Shown here piece by piece: positions 1-7,843 of a stretch of DNA of 64,000 nucleotides. The translations under genes and the position numbers were made by a program. This DNA comes from Thermodesulfobacteriota bacterium. GTDB taxonomy: Bacteria; Desulfobacterota_D; UBA1144; Nemesobacterales; Nemesobacteraceae. The DNA lies in the NCBI GenBank assembly GCA_965204795.1, contig OZ242012.1, forward strand, positions 355,861 to 419,860. The letters are read 5' to 3'. How positions within the stretch are numbered: position 1 is the stretch's first letter; each line of letters starts with the position of its first letter. Below the pieces are notes generated by a model. The model saw only the letters and a program-made list of their open reading frames with translations, ran no database searches and was not told where the DNA came from.

Positions 1-307
1 GCAGAAACGCTATGAGCAGGGCGTAGATTACGAGAGACTCGATCAGGGCGAGACCGATGATCATCGGCGTCTGAATCTTGGCAGAAGCTCCCGGGTTTCT
101 CGCTATGCCGTCGAGGGCGGCCGCCGTGGCGAGTCCCTGTCCGACTCCGGCGACCCCGGCTGCTATTCCTATTCCCACTCCGGCGCCGATGCCGAGTCCC
201 ATCTTCGCCGTGTCCCCCATCTCCGACGCGGCGTGCGCGACATCGGGAACCAGGGTGGCGAGCGAAGCCAGCGCGATCAAACCTATAAAAGAAAACAACC
301 TTTTCAT
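1..307 (-). CDS. atpE: F0F1 ATP synthase subunit c (3' end runs off the window; not in the ORF track)
   Basis: Manual translation from ATG at 307 (GGAGG upstream): MKRLFSF...[64 protein letters not shown]. Has the ARNP loop and the proton-carrying Glu in LIES, and lies directly downstream of atpB. Confidence 0.95.
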   Translation of the reverse strand, partial: MKRLFSFIGLIALASLATLVPDVAHAASEMGDTAKMGLGIGAGVGIGIAAGVAGVGQGLATAAALDGIARNPGASAKIQTPMIIGLALIESLVIYALLIAFL

Positions 308-348
308 TTCTTACCTCCTGTACTTGCTGTCCTTAGCAGAATTTGATT

Positions 349-1038
349 TCAGTGTTCGTGTGATTCGGCCAACGCTATGTATATGGTCGAAAGAATCGTG
401 AATATGAAAGCCTGGAGGAAGCATACGAAAAGTCCTAGTCCGACGAAGAGCATCGGGATGAAGATGTGCGTCAGGTTCGTAAACACTCCAAGCACCATGT
501 GGTCTCCGGTGATGTTCATGAAAAGCCGGAGGGAGAGGGAAACCGGTCTCACCAGGTGGCTTATGACCTCGATTATCACCATGAGCGGCGCGAGAAAGAT
601 AACGGGACCCAGAAAATGCTTGAGGTAGCCGACGCCGTGCTCCTTCACTCCATAGTAGTTGTACATGATGAAGATGAGAAGCGAGCAGGCGACGGTGGTG
701 TCGAGAACGCCGGTCGGGGGAAGAAACCCCGGAACCATTCCCAGCAGGTTCGCGAACAGCACGAAGAAAAACGATCCGGCCAGAAGGGGAAAGTACTTTT
801 TGGCCTTCTCCCGCGAGCCGAACACGCCCTCGATCGTCGAGAAAAGAAACTCGACCCCCACGAGCTCGTAGAAGATGTTCATCGACAGCTTCTCCTCGGG
901 AATCACCGAAGACTCTCTGGAGTAGTGCTTCCGCGCCCGAAGCCCCGTGAACAGGATGAACAGCACGACGATCACCCCGCCGATGACGTGGTCGTAATGA
1001 AGCAGACCGAGAAATGAGAACCAGCTGTAGTGCTCCAC
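349..1038 (-). CDS. atpB: F0F1 ATP synthase subunit a
   Basis: Hydrophobic 229 aa protein with RPVSLSLRLFMNITGDH and LQAFIFTILSTIYI motifs. Confidence 0.95.
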   Translation of the reverse strand: MEHYSWFSFLGLLHYDHVIGGVIVVLFILFTGLRARKHYSRESSVIPEEKLSMNIFYELVGVEFLFSTIEGVFGSREKAKKYFPLLAGSFFFVLFANLLGMVPGFLPPTGVLDTTVACSLLIFIMYNYYGVKEHGVGYLKHFLGPVIFLAPLMVIIEVISHLVRPVSLSLRLFMNITGDHMVLGVFTNLTHIFIPMLFVGLGLFVCFLQAFIFTILSTIYIALAESHEH

Positions 1039-1042
1039 GTTT

Positions 1043-1384
1043 TTAGCCCTTGAGTCCCTTGCCTATTATCACTATCACAACGGAAGTTAAGCCTATCAGT
1101 AAACCATAGATATTGAGTTTTGCAAACATCAGGAGAACCGTCACTATTCCCAGAAGCGCGAGCAGCTTCGTCACGATTATGAATATGGAAAAGGCGAGGG
1201 TGTACCTCTTTTCCGAAAGCGCCCTGACGACGAATCTTATGGCCACGTAGTCGGCGAGGAAAAGCGCGCCGCCGACCGCGATTCCCACGGCCACCTGCGT
1301 CTGTCCGATCAGCATGTTCACGGCGAAAAAAAGACCGGTTACCGCGAGGGACAGCTTTTCCACTCCCATGCTAGGATTTCTCAT
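1043..1384 (-). CDS. atpI: ATP synthase I chain-like membrane protein
   Basis: About four TM segments, immediately upstream of atpB. True start may be the second Met. Confidence 0.75.
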   Translation of the reverse strand: MRNPSMGVEKLSLAVTGLFFAVNMLIGQTQVAVGIAVGGALFLADYVAIRFVVRALSEKRYTLAFSIFIIVTKLLALLGIVTVLLMFAKLNIYGLLIGLTSVVIVIIGKGLKG

Positions 1385-1601
1385 CCGGTTCGTCGTGGCT
1401 CTTCTCCATCCTCTTCAGTATTCTTACCAGCGCCAGGAATCCCACCGTCACCCCCAGCACGAGACCCAGCAGGGTGAACGCGGGAAACGACATGTCGAGT
1501 TTCGAGTCCGCGTATCCGCCGAGCTCGAGCCCTATTATGACCGCCAGGGCGAACTCCACGCCTATTATCGAGAAAGAAAGCCAGCTTGGACGCTTCTTCA
1601 T
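1371..1601 (-). CDS. AtpZ/AtpI-family small membrane protein
   Basis: 76 aa, two TM helices, IGLELGGYADSKL...FTLLGLVLGV pattern, first gene of the F0 cluster. Confidence 0.75.
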   Translation of the reverse strand: MKKRPSWLSFSIIGVEFALAVIIGLELGGYADSKLDMSFPAFTLLGLVLGVTVGFLALVRILKRMEKSHDEPDEKS

Positions 1602-1613
1602 TGCGCACCTCCG

Positions 1614-2936
1614 TCAGGAAAGTTCCCCGAGGGATTTTCTGATCGCCCCGAGGGTCTTGTCTATGTGCCTTTTCGTGTGAGCCGCGGAAACGAACACGGC
1701 CTCGAACTGCGACGGGGGAAACATCACTCCGTTTTCGAGAAGTTTTCTGAAAAACCTCGCGTGGGCCCGGGTGTCGCACCCGAGGGCTCCCGCGTAGTCC
1801 TCCACTTTTTTTTTCGTGAAAAACACCGTGAACATGGAGCCCGCGCGGTTCACCCTGGCCGGAATCCCGAGGTCAGATATTATCCTTTTCGTTTCGGACG
1901 CTAGAAGTTCCGCCGTGCTCTCGAGCCTCTCGTAGGTTCTCGCGTTGAGCCTTCCCAGGGTGGCCAGACCCGCCGCGACGGCCAGGGGATTTCCCGAAAG
2001 CGTTCCCGCCTGGTACATGGGACCTTCGGGAGAGACCATGCTCATTATCTCCTTCCCCGCTCCGTACGCCCCGACCGGAAGACCTCCCCCGATTATCTTT
2101 CCCAGACACGTTATGTCGGGTCTTACGCCGAAAAGCTCCTGCGCGCCTCCCTTCCCCAGCCGGAAACCCGTTATCACTTCGTCGAAAACCAGAAGCGAGC
2201 CGTGTTTGTCGCAAAGCGAGCGCAGGCGCCCGAGGAAGTTCTTTTTCGGAAGCACCACTCCCATGTTGCCCGCCACGGGCTCGAGTATGACTCCGGCGAT
2301 CTTTCCCGGGTACCTGTCGAAAAGAGCCTTCACCGATCCCGCGTCGTTGTAGCGGGCGAGGAGAGTCTTTCCCACGAGCGATCTCGGGACTCCCGCGCTG
2401 CTGGGACTTCCGAAGGTGGTGGCGCCGGAGCCGGACTTCACCAGCAGAGGGTCCGAGTGTCCGTGGTAGCATCCCTCGAACTTCACCACGTAGTCTCTTT
2501 CGGTGTACGCCCTGGCGAGCCTCACGGCGCTCATGGTCGCCTCGGTTCCCGAGCTGGTCATGCGGACTTTCCCGATCGACGGAAAGTTTTTCGTCACAAG
2601 TTCCGCGAGCCTGGTTTCCGCCTCGCAGGGAGCGCCGAAGCTCGTTCCCATGGGAAGCGCCTCTCCCACCGCCGCGACCACCGCCGGGTGCGAGTGGCCG
2701 AGGATCAGGGGACCCCACGAAGCCACGTAGTCGATGAACCTGTTTCCGTCGGCGTCGTAGACGTAGGCCCCCCTGGCCCTGGATATGAAAAGCGGGGATC
2801 CTCCCACGGCGGAAAACGATCTCACCGGGCTGTTGACTCCCCCCGCCAGGACGTTTTTCGCCCTCGCGAAGAGCTTCTGCGAATTGGCGGTGTTCATCGG
2901 AGTTCGGTTCGGGCCGAGCGGGGCCGGAGTTCTCAT
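1614..2936 (-). CDS. hemL: Glutamate-1-semialdehyde 2,1-aminomutase
   Basis: GGVNSPVR, FEGCYHGH, GKIIGGGLPVGAYG (PLP lysine) and YQAGTLSGNPLA motifs. Alternative start at 2897. Confidence 0.97.
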   Translation of the reverse strand: MRTPAPLGPNRTPMNTANSQKLFARAKNVLAGGVNSPVRSFSAVGGSPLFISRARGAYVYDADGNRFIDYVASWGPLILGHSHPAVVAAVGEALPMGTSFGAPCEAETRLAELVTKNFPSIGKVRMTSSGTEATMSAVRLARAYTERDYVVKFEGCYHGHSDPLLVKSGSGATTFGSPSSAGVPRSLVGKTLLARYNDAGSVKALFDRYPGKIAGVILEPVAGNMGVVLPKKNFLGRLRSLCDKHGSLLVFDEVITGFRLGKGGAQELFGVRPDITCLGKIIGGGLPVGAYGAGKEIMSMVSPEGPMYQAGTLSGNPLAVAAGLATLGRLNARTYERLESTAELLASETKRIISDLGIPARVNRAGSMFTVFFTKKKVEDYAGALGCDTRAHARFFRKLLENGVMFPPSQFEAVFVSAAHTKRHIDKTLGAIRKSLGELS

Positions 2937-4099
2937 TCCGCCGCTTTCGGAGCCTTTATCTTCTTCAGGTATTTTCGGGCTTCGGCGGCTTCGGGAGACC
3001 GGGGATGGGATTCGATCAGCGATTCGAAGAAAAGCGCGGCCTCGTTGGGCTTTTCTATCTCGAGAAGCGCGATTCCCTGCTTGAGCTGGGAAGTCGTCAC
3101 GCGGGGGCTGTCGGGGTAGATGTCGATCAGGTTCTGGTATTCGAGAATCGCCTCTTCGTAGAGCTTTTCCATGAAGTAGGAATCGGCGATGAGAAAGACG
3201 GCTTCCGGCGCGTCGGAGGCGACGGGATTGGCGTCCGCGTATTTTCTGAACAGGACTCTCGCGTCGCCGTACTCTCCCTCGGCGAGCTTCTTTTTCCCGA
3301 GGTCGTAATACGCCCCGGTCCCTTTCGAGGCGTCTTCGGGTTCGGCGGGCGTCTGCGCGGAAGTTTCGGGCGCGGGAGATTCAGGTTCGGCGGGTTCGGG
3401 CTTTTCGGCGGGAGCCCGGTCCTGCGCGGCCTGCTGTTGCGCGGGCGTCCGCGCGGAGGTTTCGGCCGCTGGGGCTTCGGGTTCGGCGGGTTCGGGCTCC
3501 TCCGCCGGAGTTCCGGACTGCGCGGCCCGCGGCTCCGCGGGTTCGGCCGCCGCGGTTTCGGACTTCACGGGTTCGGGCGTCTGCGCGGAAGTTTCCTGAC
3601 GCGGGGGCTCGGGCTTTTCTCCGGCGGCTTCCTTTTCCGAGGCGGGTTGCGCCGGAGGCGCCGGCACCGCCGCGAGAGGCTTTTCCGTTCCCCGCTCGAG
3701 CTGCGAAACCCTGGCCTCGAGTTCCCCGATCCGTTTCATTAGGGCCGCGGACTCGTTCCCCTCGGCGGCTTCCGCCCCCCGCCGCCCGGCGACGTTTGAC
3801 GATTCGAGGATGTCCGTCTTCATCGTTTCCACTCCCGAATGGACGGCTCCCACGACCTGTTCGAGTTCTAGCATCTTGTTCTGGACCTCGTAGATCTGTT
3901 CCTTGATCTCCAGGTTGGCGTCCTCGTTTGAAACTTCCGCCTTAAGCCACTCGATGTCCTTTTCGGCCTTCTTGAGGTTGGCCTCGATGTCCTTCTGCCT
4001 GGTGTAGATGAACCCCACGTCCCCCTCGGACGCGACGCATCCGTACATGAACAGGGAGCAAAGCAGCACCGCCGCAGTAGCCAGATACCGTCTTTTCAT
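2933..4099 (-). CDS. cpoB: Tol-Pal system protein CpoB/YbgF-like lipoprotein (coiled coil, Pro/Ala/Glu linker, TPRs)
   Basis: Lipobox MYGC, N-terminal coiled coil, C-terminal TPRs (EAVFLIADSYF, LKQGIALL, HPRSPEAAEA). Adjacent to a pal-like gene. Confidence 0.75.
   Translation of the reverse strand: MKRRYLATAAVLLCSLFMYGCVASEGDVGFIYTRQKDIEANLKKAEKDIEWLKAEVSNEDANLEIKEQIYEVQNKMLELEQVVGAVHSGVETMKTDILESSNVAGRRGAEAAEGNESAALMKRIGELEARVSQLERGTEKPLAAVPAPPAQPASEKEAAGEKPEPPRQETSAQTPEPVKSETAAAEPAEPRAAQSGTPAEEPEPAEPEAPAAETSARTPAQQQAAQDRAPAEKPEPAEPESPAPETSAQTPAEPEDASKGTGAYYDLGKKKLAEGEYGDARVLFRKYADANPVASDAPEAVFLIADSYFMEKLYEEAILEYQNLIDIYPDSPRVTTSQLKQGIALLEIEKPNEAALFFESLIESHPRSPEAAEARKYLKKIKAPKAAE
3345..3625 (-). 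repeat. Three imperfect intragenic repeats in the CpoB linker
   Basis: Units near 3345-3411, 3441-3508 and 3573-3625 share gggcgtc(t/c)gcgcgga(a/g)gtttc. Protein units: EKPEPPRQETSAQTP, EEPEPAEPEAPAAETSARTP, EKPEPAEPESPAPETSAQTP. Confidence 0.8.
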
Positions 4100-4114
4100 T
4101 TTCGTTCCGTACCC

Positions 4115-4855
4115 CTACTTGAAAAGGACGCGGAAATGCGCGCGGCGGTTCTTGCCGTACGACTCCTCCGACGTTCCCTTCTGCCACATGTCCGTCTCTC
4201 CCTTGCTGACGGAGTGGATGGTCGACGGGGACACTCCCCTGCCGATCATGTATTTTCTGACCTGCTCGGCCCTTTTCTTGCCGAGCGAGAGGTTGTATTC
4301 CTCGGTTCCCCGCGTGTCGCAGAAACCGGCCACCACGACGAACCTGACGTTCTCGGCGTCCGCCGCCAGGGCGTCGGCGTTCGAGTTGAGAGTCCCCCGC
4401 GCTCTTTCCGATATCTTCGAGCTGTCGAATTCGAAGAACACGTCGGAAACGCCCGGCGCGTCGGCGGCTTCGGAGGAAAACGCCTCTTCGAGCATCGATT
4501 TCTGAAGTTCCTGGGCGTCTTCGTCGACGCCGCTCATGTAGGTCATGCTTCTGGCCGCCCCGAGCGCCATGACGGCGTTTATCTCGGCCTCAGAAAGCAG
4601 GGCGGCCGCGCCCTCGAAATCTCCCTGCTCCATGAGCGCCCTCGCCCGCTCCAGAAGCCTCGCCGCCTCGCCGTATTCCCAGGTGTCCTGGGCCCCCTCC
4701 GCGCGAGCGCGCTCGAGCATGCTCTCCACCGAGACGATCTTTCCTCCCGCTTCCGCCCGAGGGTCGGGAAGCTGGGTCCGCTTGGCGCATCCCGACAGGT
4801 AGAAGACGCAGAGAAGCGCGCAGGCTAGGGCCAAGGCCGTTTTCGTTCTTTTCAC
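4115..4855 (-). CDS. Pal/OmpA-family peptidoglycan-associated lipoprotein with an extra N-terminal helical (DUF4398-like) region
   Basis: GTG at 4855 gives MKRTKTALALACALLCVFYLSGC (lipobox). OmpA C-terminal motifs DVFFEFDSS, GFCDTRGTEEYNLSLGKKRA and NRRAHF. The upstream part of the 476 aa track ORF is antisense shadow. Confidence 0.85.
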   Translation of the reverse strand: MKRTKTALALACALLCVFYLSGCAKRTQLPDPRAEAGGKIVSVESMLERARAEGAQDTWEYGEAARLLERARALMEQGDFEGAAALLSEAEINAVMALGAARSMTYMSGVDEDAQELQKSMLEEAFSSEAADAPGVSDVFFEFDSSKISERARGTLNSNADALAADAENVRFVVVAGFCDTRGTEEYNLSLGKKRAEQVRKYMIGRGVSPSTIHSVSKGETDMWQKGTSEESYGKNRRAHFRVLFK

Positions 4856-4999
4856 TGTCGGATCCTCCGGTTTTTCGTCGCCGCCGCAACGGGCGTTTCG
4901 GGAAACGCCCCTTACGCGCGGTCCGGTTTTCAGTGTAACATACAGGTAACCGTCCTTCAATTTTTTCCGGGGCGCAAGTCCCGAAGCGAGGTGCGCGCG

Positions 5000-5575
5000 A
5001 TGAACGAAGCTTCTTCGGTGGCCGGAATCTTCTGGCACGACTCTCCGGTCGTGGTCATAACGAGCCACAGGGGAGAGGAGATAAACGGGCAGGTGGCCGT
5101 CACTCTCGTCACCTCCTCGATAGTCCCCGCTGTGCCGCGCCTCGTCGTGGGAATCTGGAAGGGAAACCACACCCACGGATTCATAACCGAAAGCCGGAAA
5201 CTTGTCGTCCATCTTCTCGGAAAGGAGCAGATCGGCCTGGTGCGCAACTTCGGCTTCTACTCGGGGCGGGACAGGGACAAGTTCTCGGGCGTGGACCGCT
5301 TCCGGGGAAAAAACGGCTGTCCGGTGCTCGGGGATGTTCACTCCTACGCAGAGTGTTCGGTGATAAACGCCATGGACGGCGGGGACATGACCGCCTTTCT
5401 GGCGAGCGTCGACTACGGCGGGATCGTCAGGGGAGGAGACTGGATGACGCTTTCTGATTTCTACGAAACCGCGCCGGAGGAGTGGGTGGCGGAGTACGGA
5501 CGGAAGCTCATGGAGTCGGTGAGATTCTCGATGCCCATCATACACGACATAAGCCGCGAGCCGTTTTGTCCGTAG
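5000..5575 (+). CDS. Flavin reductase-like (DIM6/NTAB family) protein
   Basis: SPVVVITS, SIVPAVPRLVVGIWKGNHT, FGFYSGRDRDKF, GCPVL and GDMTAFLA match the flavin-reductase-like fold. Confidence 0.8.
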   Translation: MNEASSVAGIFWHDSPVVVITSHRGEEINGQVAVTLVTSSIVPAVPRLVVGIWKGNHTHGFITESRKLVVHLLGKEQIGLVRNFGFYSGRDRDKFSGVDRFRGKNGCPVLGDVHSYAECSVINAMDGGDMTAFLASVDYGGIVRGGDWMTLSDFYETAPEEWVAEYGRKLMESVRFSMPIIHDISREPFCP

Positions 5576-5596
5576 ACAGGGACGGGGCGTCCCGTT

Positions 5597-5998
5597 TCAG
5601 CGGATTATTATCGTCGTCCCCCCGCCCGCGTTTCTCGCGGCGCGGTCCCGAAGCTTTCTGAGCAGCTTCGCGCGGAACCATTTTCTCGTCGCGGGAACCA
5701 GAAGGCAGAAGCCCAGCGCGTCGGTGAGAATCCCGGGGGTGAGCAGCACCACCCCGCCGACCAGTATGAGAAGACCGTTCACGAGACTCTCCCCGGGAGG
5801 TCTTCCCTCGCCGAGCTCGCGCCTTATCGCGGCGACGGCGCCCGTTCCCTGGCTTCTGGCGAGCGCCGCTCCGAGGGCTCCCGTGGCCACCACCACGAGC
5901 ACCGTGGGCCAGAGACCTATAACGTTTCCGAGCTTTATCAGAAGGGCGAGTTCCACCAGGGGAACCGCCGTGAACAGAATGAGAAGTCTTGCGAACAT
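5597..5998 (-). CDS. fxsA: FxsA family membrane protein
   Basis: VPLVELALLIKLG and GGVVLLTPGILTDALG signature. Confidence 0.9.
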   Translation of the reverse strand: MFARLLILFTAVPLVELALLIKLGNVIGLWPTVLVVVATGALGAALARSQGTGAVAAIRRELGEGRPPGESLVNGLLILVGGVVLLTPGILTDALGFCLLVPATRKWFRAKLLRKLRDRAARNAGGGTTIIIR

Positions 5999-6054
5999 GG
6001 CAATCGCCGTTTCCGTATATAATATAACGGCTCGGGGGAGGAAATGTCCGCGTC

Positions 6055-6804
6055 ATGAGAAAAAACAGGATTTCGGGACGGAGATTCTTCATGTTTCTTT
6101 TTCTGCTCGCCTGCGTCGCGGCGGGGGGATGCCGGCTCTTCAGGTTCCTCGAGGTGAAGGACCAGCTCCGCGACTTCGCCGCGAACTTCGAGACAAGCGA
6201 CCGCGACGGCCTTCGGCTCGCGTTCAAAAATCCCGTCCTGCTCGCAGACGACGTCTCCTGGCTCATGATCCACTCTCCTCCCCGAAAGACCCCGCTAGGC
6301 GGGGACTCGGAGATGTGGACGTACACGCTCGTCAAGCGGTATCCCGCGAAGAAAAACGAGACCGGAAACTTCGACCTTCCCCTCGGCATGAGGTTCGTCT
6401 CCGGGAAACTCTCCGAGGTCGTCTTTCCGAAGAGCCTGACGAAATACCTAAACAGCGACGTGTTCGCGAAGATAATGAACTCCATGGGCGACGCCGACGT
6501 GAGCAAGCTCTCGCAGACCAGCACGGGAACCGTGCGGTCGCTTCGCCCCGCGGACATTCCCACCTCGGCGGAAGCCGCGGACGTCCTGGGACTTCCCTGG
6601 GAAACGGCCTCCGTTCCCGAGGGCGGGACCTACACCTATACCTACAGGTACAGGCTCGAGGAGAAGACTCCCGAGGGCGGCTACGTTACGTTCAGGCTCG
6701 TTCTGGGATTCGACGCCGGGACGAAAAAGCTCGTGAGCCTCTTTCTTCCGCTGCGAAGCGTGAAGCTCACGATGAACTTCGACCCCAAGGCCGAGAAGCG
6801 ATGA
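6055..6804 (+). CDS. Hypothetical exported lipoprotein
   Basis: 249 aa, signal peptide with AGGC lipobox, backbone-like codon usage, ATGA overlap with ispE. Confidence 0.7.
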   Translation: MRKNRISGRRFFMFLFLLACVAAGGCRLFRFLEVKDQLRDFAANFETSDRDGLRLAFKNPVLLADDVSWLMIHSPPRKTPLGGDSEMWTYTLVKRYPAKKNETGNFDLPLGMRFVSGKLSEVVFPKSLTKYLNSDVFAKIMNSMGDADVSKLSQTSTGTVRSLRPADIPTSAEAADVLGLPWETASVPEGGTYTYTYRYRLEEKTPEGGYVTFRLVLGFDAGTKKLVSLFLPLRSVKLTMNFDPKAEKR

Positions 6805-7667
6805 GCTCCGTGCGGCTTCTCTCGCCCGCCAAGGTGAACCTGTTTCTTCGGGTTCTGGGGCGACGCCCCGACGGGTACCACGAAATCCAGTCCCTCGCCC
6901 AGCCCGTGAGCCTGTTCGACGAGATCGCGGTCTCTGTCGGGGAGGGCGGAGGGGTCTCGCTCTCGGCCGCGGGAAAAGAGGTTCCTTCGGGCGGGGACAA
7001 CCTGGCCGCGGCGGCCGCTTCGGCCTACCTGGAGGAGGCGTCTCTCGAAAAAAGGGTCTCGGTCGCGATAAGAAAGAAAATCCCCCTCGGCGCGGGACTC
7101 GGCGGGGGAAGCTCGAACGCCGCCGCGGTGCTCGCGGGTCTCGAAAGGCTTCTCGGGAAGCTCGGCGAAGAGAACCTCCTGCGGATCGCGGCCCGCCTCG
7201 GCGCGGACGTTCCGTTTTTCGTGAAGTCCGCGTCCTCCTTCATGGAGGGCGTCGGGGAGAGAGTGGAGGTTCTCCCCGACTTTCCGCTTTTTCACTACGT
7301 GATCGTCTTTCCCGAAAAGAGCGTCTCGACACGGGAGGTCTACCGAAGATGGAGAGAGCCCGAAACTCCCCCCGAAAGGGTCGATCCCGCGGCGCTCGCC
7401 GGGGAGTTTCGCCGCGGCCGGTTTCCTCTCGAAAACGGTCTCGAGGAGCCTCTTTTCGGGCTTTTTCCCGGGGCGGCCGCCGCGAAGGAGCTTCTGCGCT
7501 CGTTCGGCGCCGAGCGCGTTCTCGTTTCCGGAAGCGGGTCCTCCGTCTTTTCCGTCTTCGGGGAGCGGGAGCCCGCCGAGGAGATTTACGAGTACCTCCG
7601 CACTTCGGACGATTTCGAGGTTTTTCTCGCCGAGGGAATAAGCGGGAGGCATTTTCTCGCGGACTGA
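6801..7667 (+). CDS. ispE: 4-diphosphocytidyl-2-C-methyl-D-erythritol kinase
   Basis: SPAKVNLFLRV...DGYHEI, KKIPLGAGLGGGSSNAA, LGADVPFF and VSGSGS. Start at ATG 6801. Confidence 0.95.
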   Translation: MSSVRLLSPAKVNLFLRVLGRRPDGYHEIQSLAQPVSLFDEIAVSVGEGGGVSLSAAGKEVPSGGDNLAAAAASAYLEEASLEKRVSVAIRKKIPLGAGLGGGSSNAAAVLAGLERLLGKLGEENLLRIAARLGADVPFFVKSASSFMEGVGERVEVLPDFPLFHYVIVFPEKSVSTREVYRRWREPETPPERVDPAALAGEFRRGRFPLENGLEEPLFGLFPGAAAAKELLRSFGAERVLVSGSGSSVFSVFGEREPAEEIYEYLRTSDDFEVFLAEGISGRHFLAD

Positions 7668-7740
7668 ATTCCGGCCGCGCGGCGGGATTTTCGGCCTGTC
7701 ACGGCCGCGCGGATGTGGTAACATAGAAGTCTCTTTTCGC

Positions 7741-7814
7741 TGGGGCGTCGTCTAACGGCAGGACACCGGGTTTTGGTCCCGGTAGTGAGGGTTCGATTCC
7801 TTCCGCCCCAGCCA
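7741..7814 (+). tRNA. tRNA-Gln (anticodon TTG)
   Basis: Acceptor stem tggggcg/cgcccca, anticodon arm ccggg-tt-TTG-gt-cccgg, GTTCGATTCC T arm, encoded CCA. Confidence 0.95.
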
Positions 7815-7843
7815 CTCCTAACTGAAACGGTTTCGAAGCGTCC

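Noticed and set aside
1-2936. F0 genes separated from F1 genes and linked to hemL; extended subunit c N-terminus
   Set aside because: A known arrangement in deltaproteobacteria-like lineages, so not novel. The remaining atp genes may also lie just outside the window.
4856-5545. N-terminal half of the 476 aa track ORF 4115..5545
   Set aside because: Antisense shadow of the flavin-reductase gene. The real lipoprotein signal begins at GTG 4855.
5724-6800. Apparent 647 aa ORF fusing an unknown region to IspE
   Set aside because: The upstream part overlaps fxsA and the 6055..6804 gene in other frames. IspE homology starts at ATG 6801.
7668-7843. tRNA-Gln or tRNA-Val as island integration sites
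   Set aside because: Both are flanked by housekeeping genes, and I found no duplicated tRNA 3' ends elsewhere in the window.
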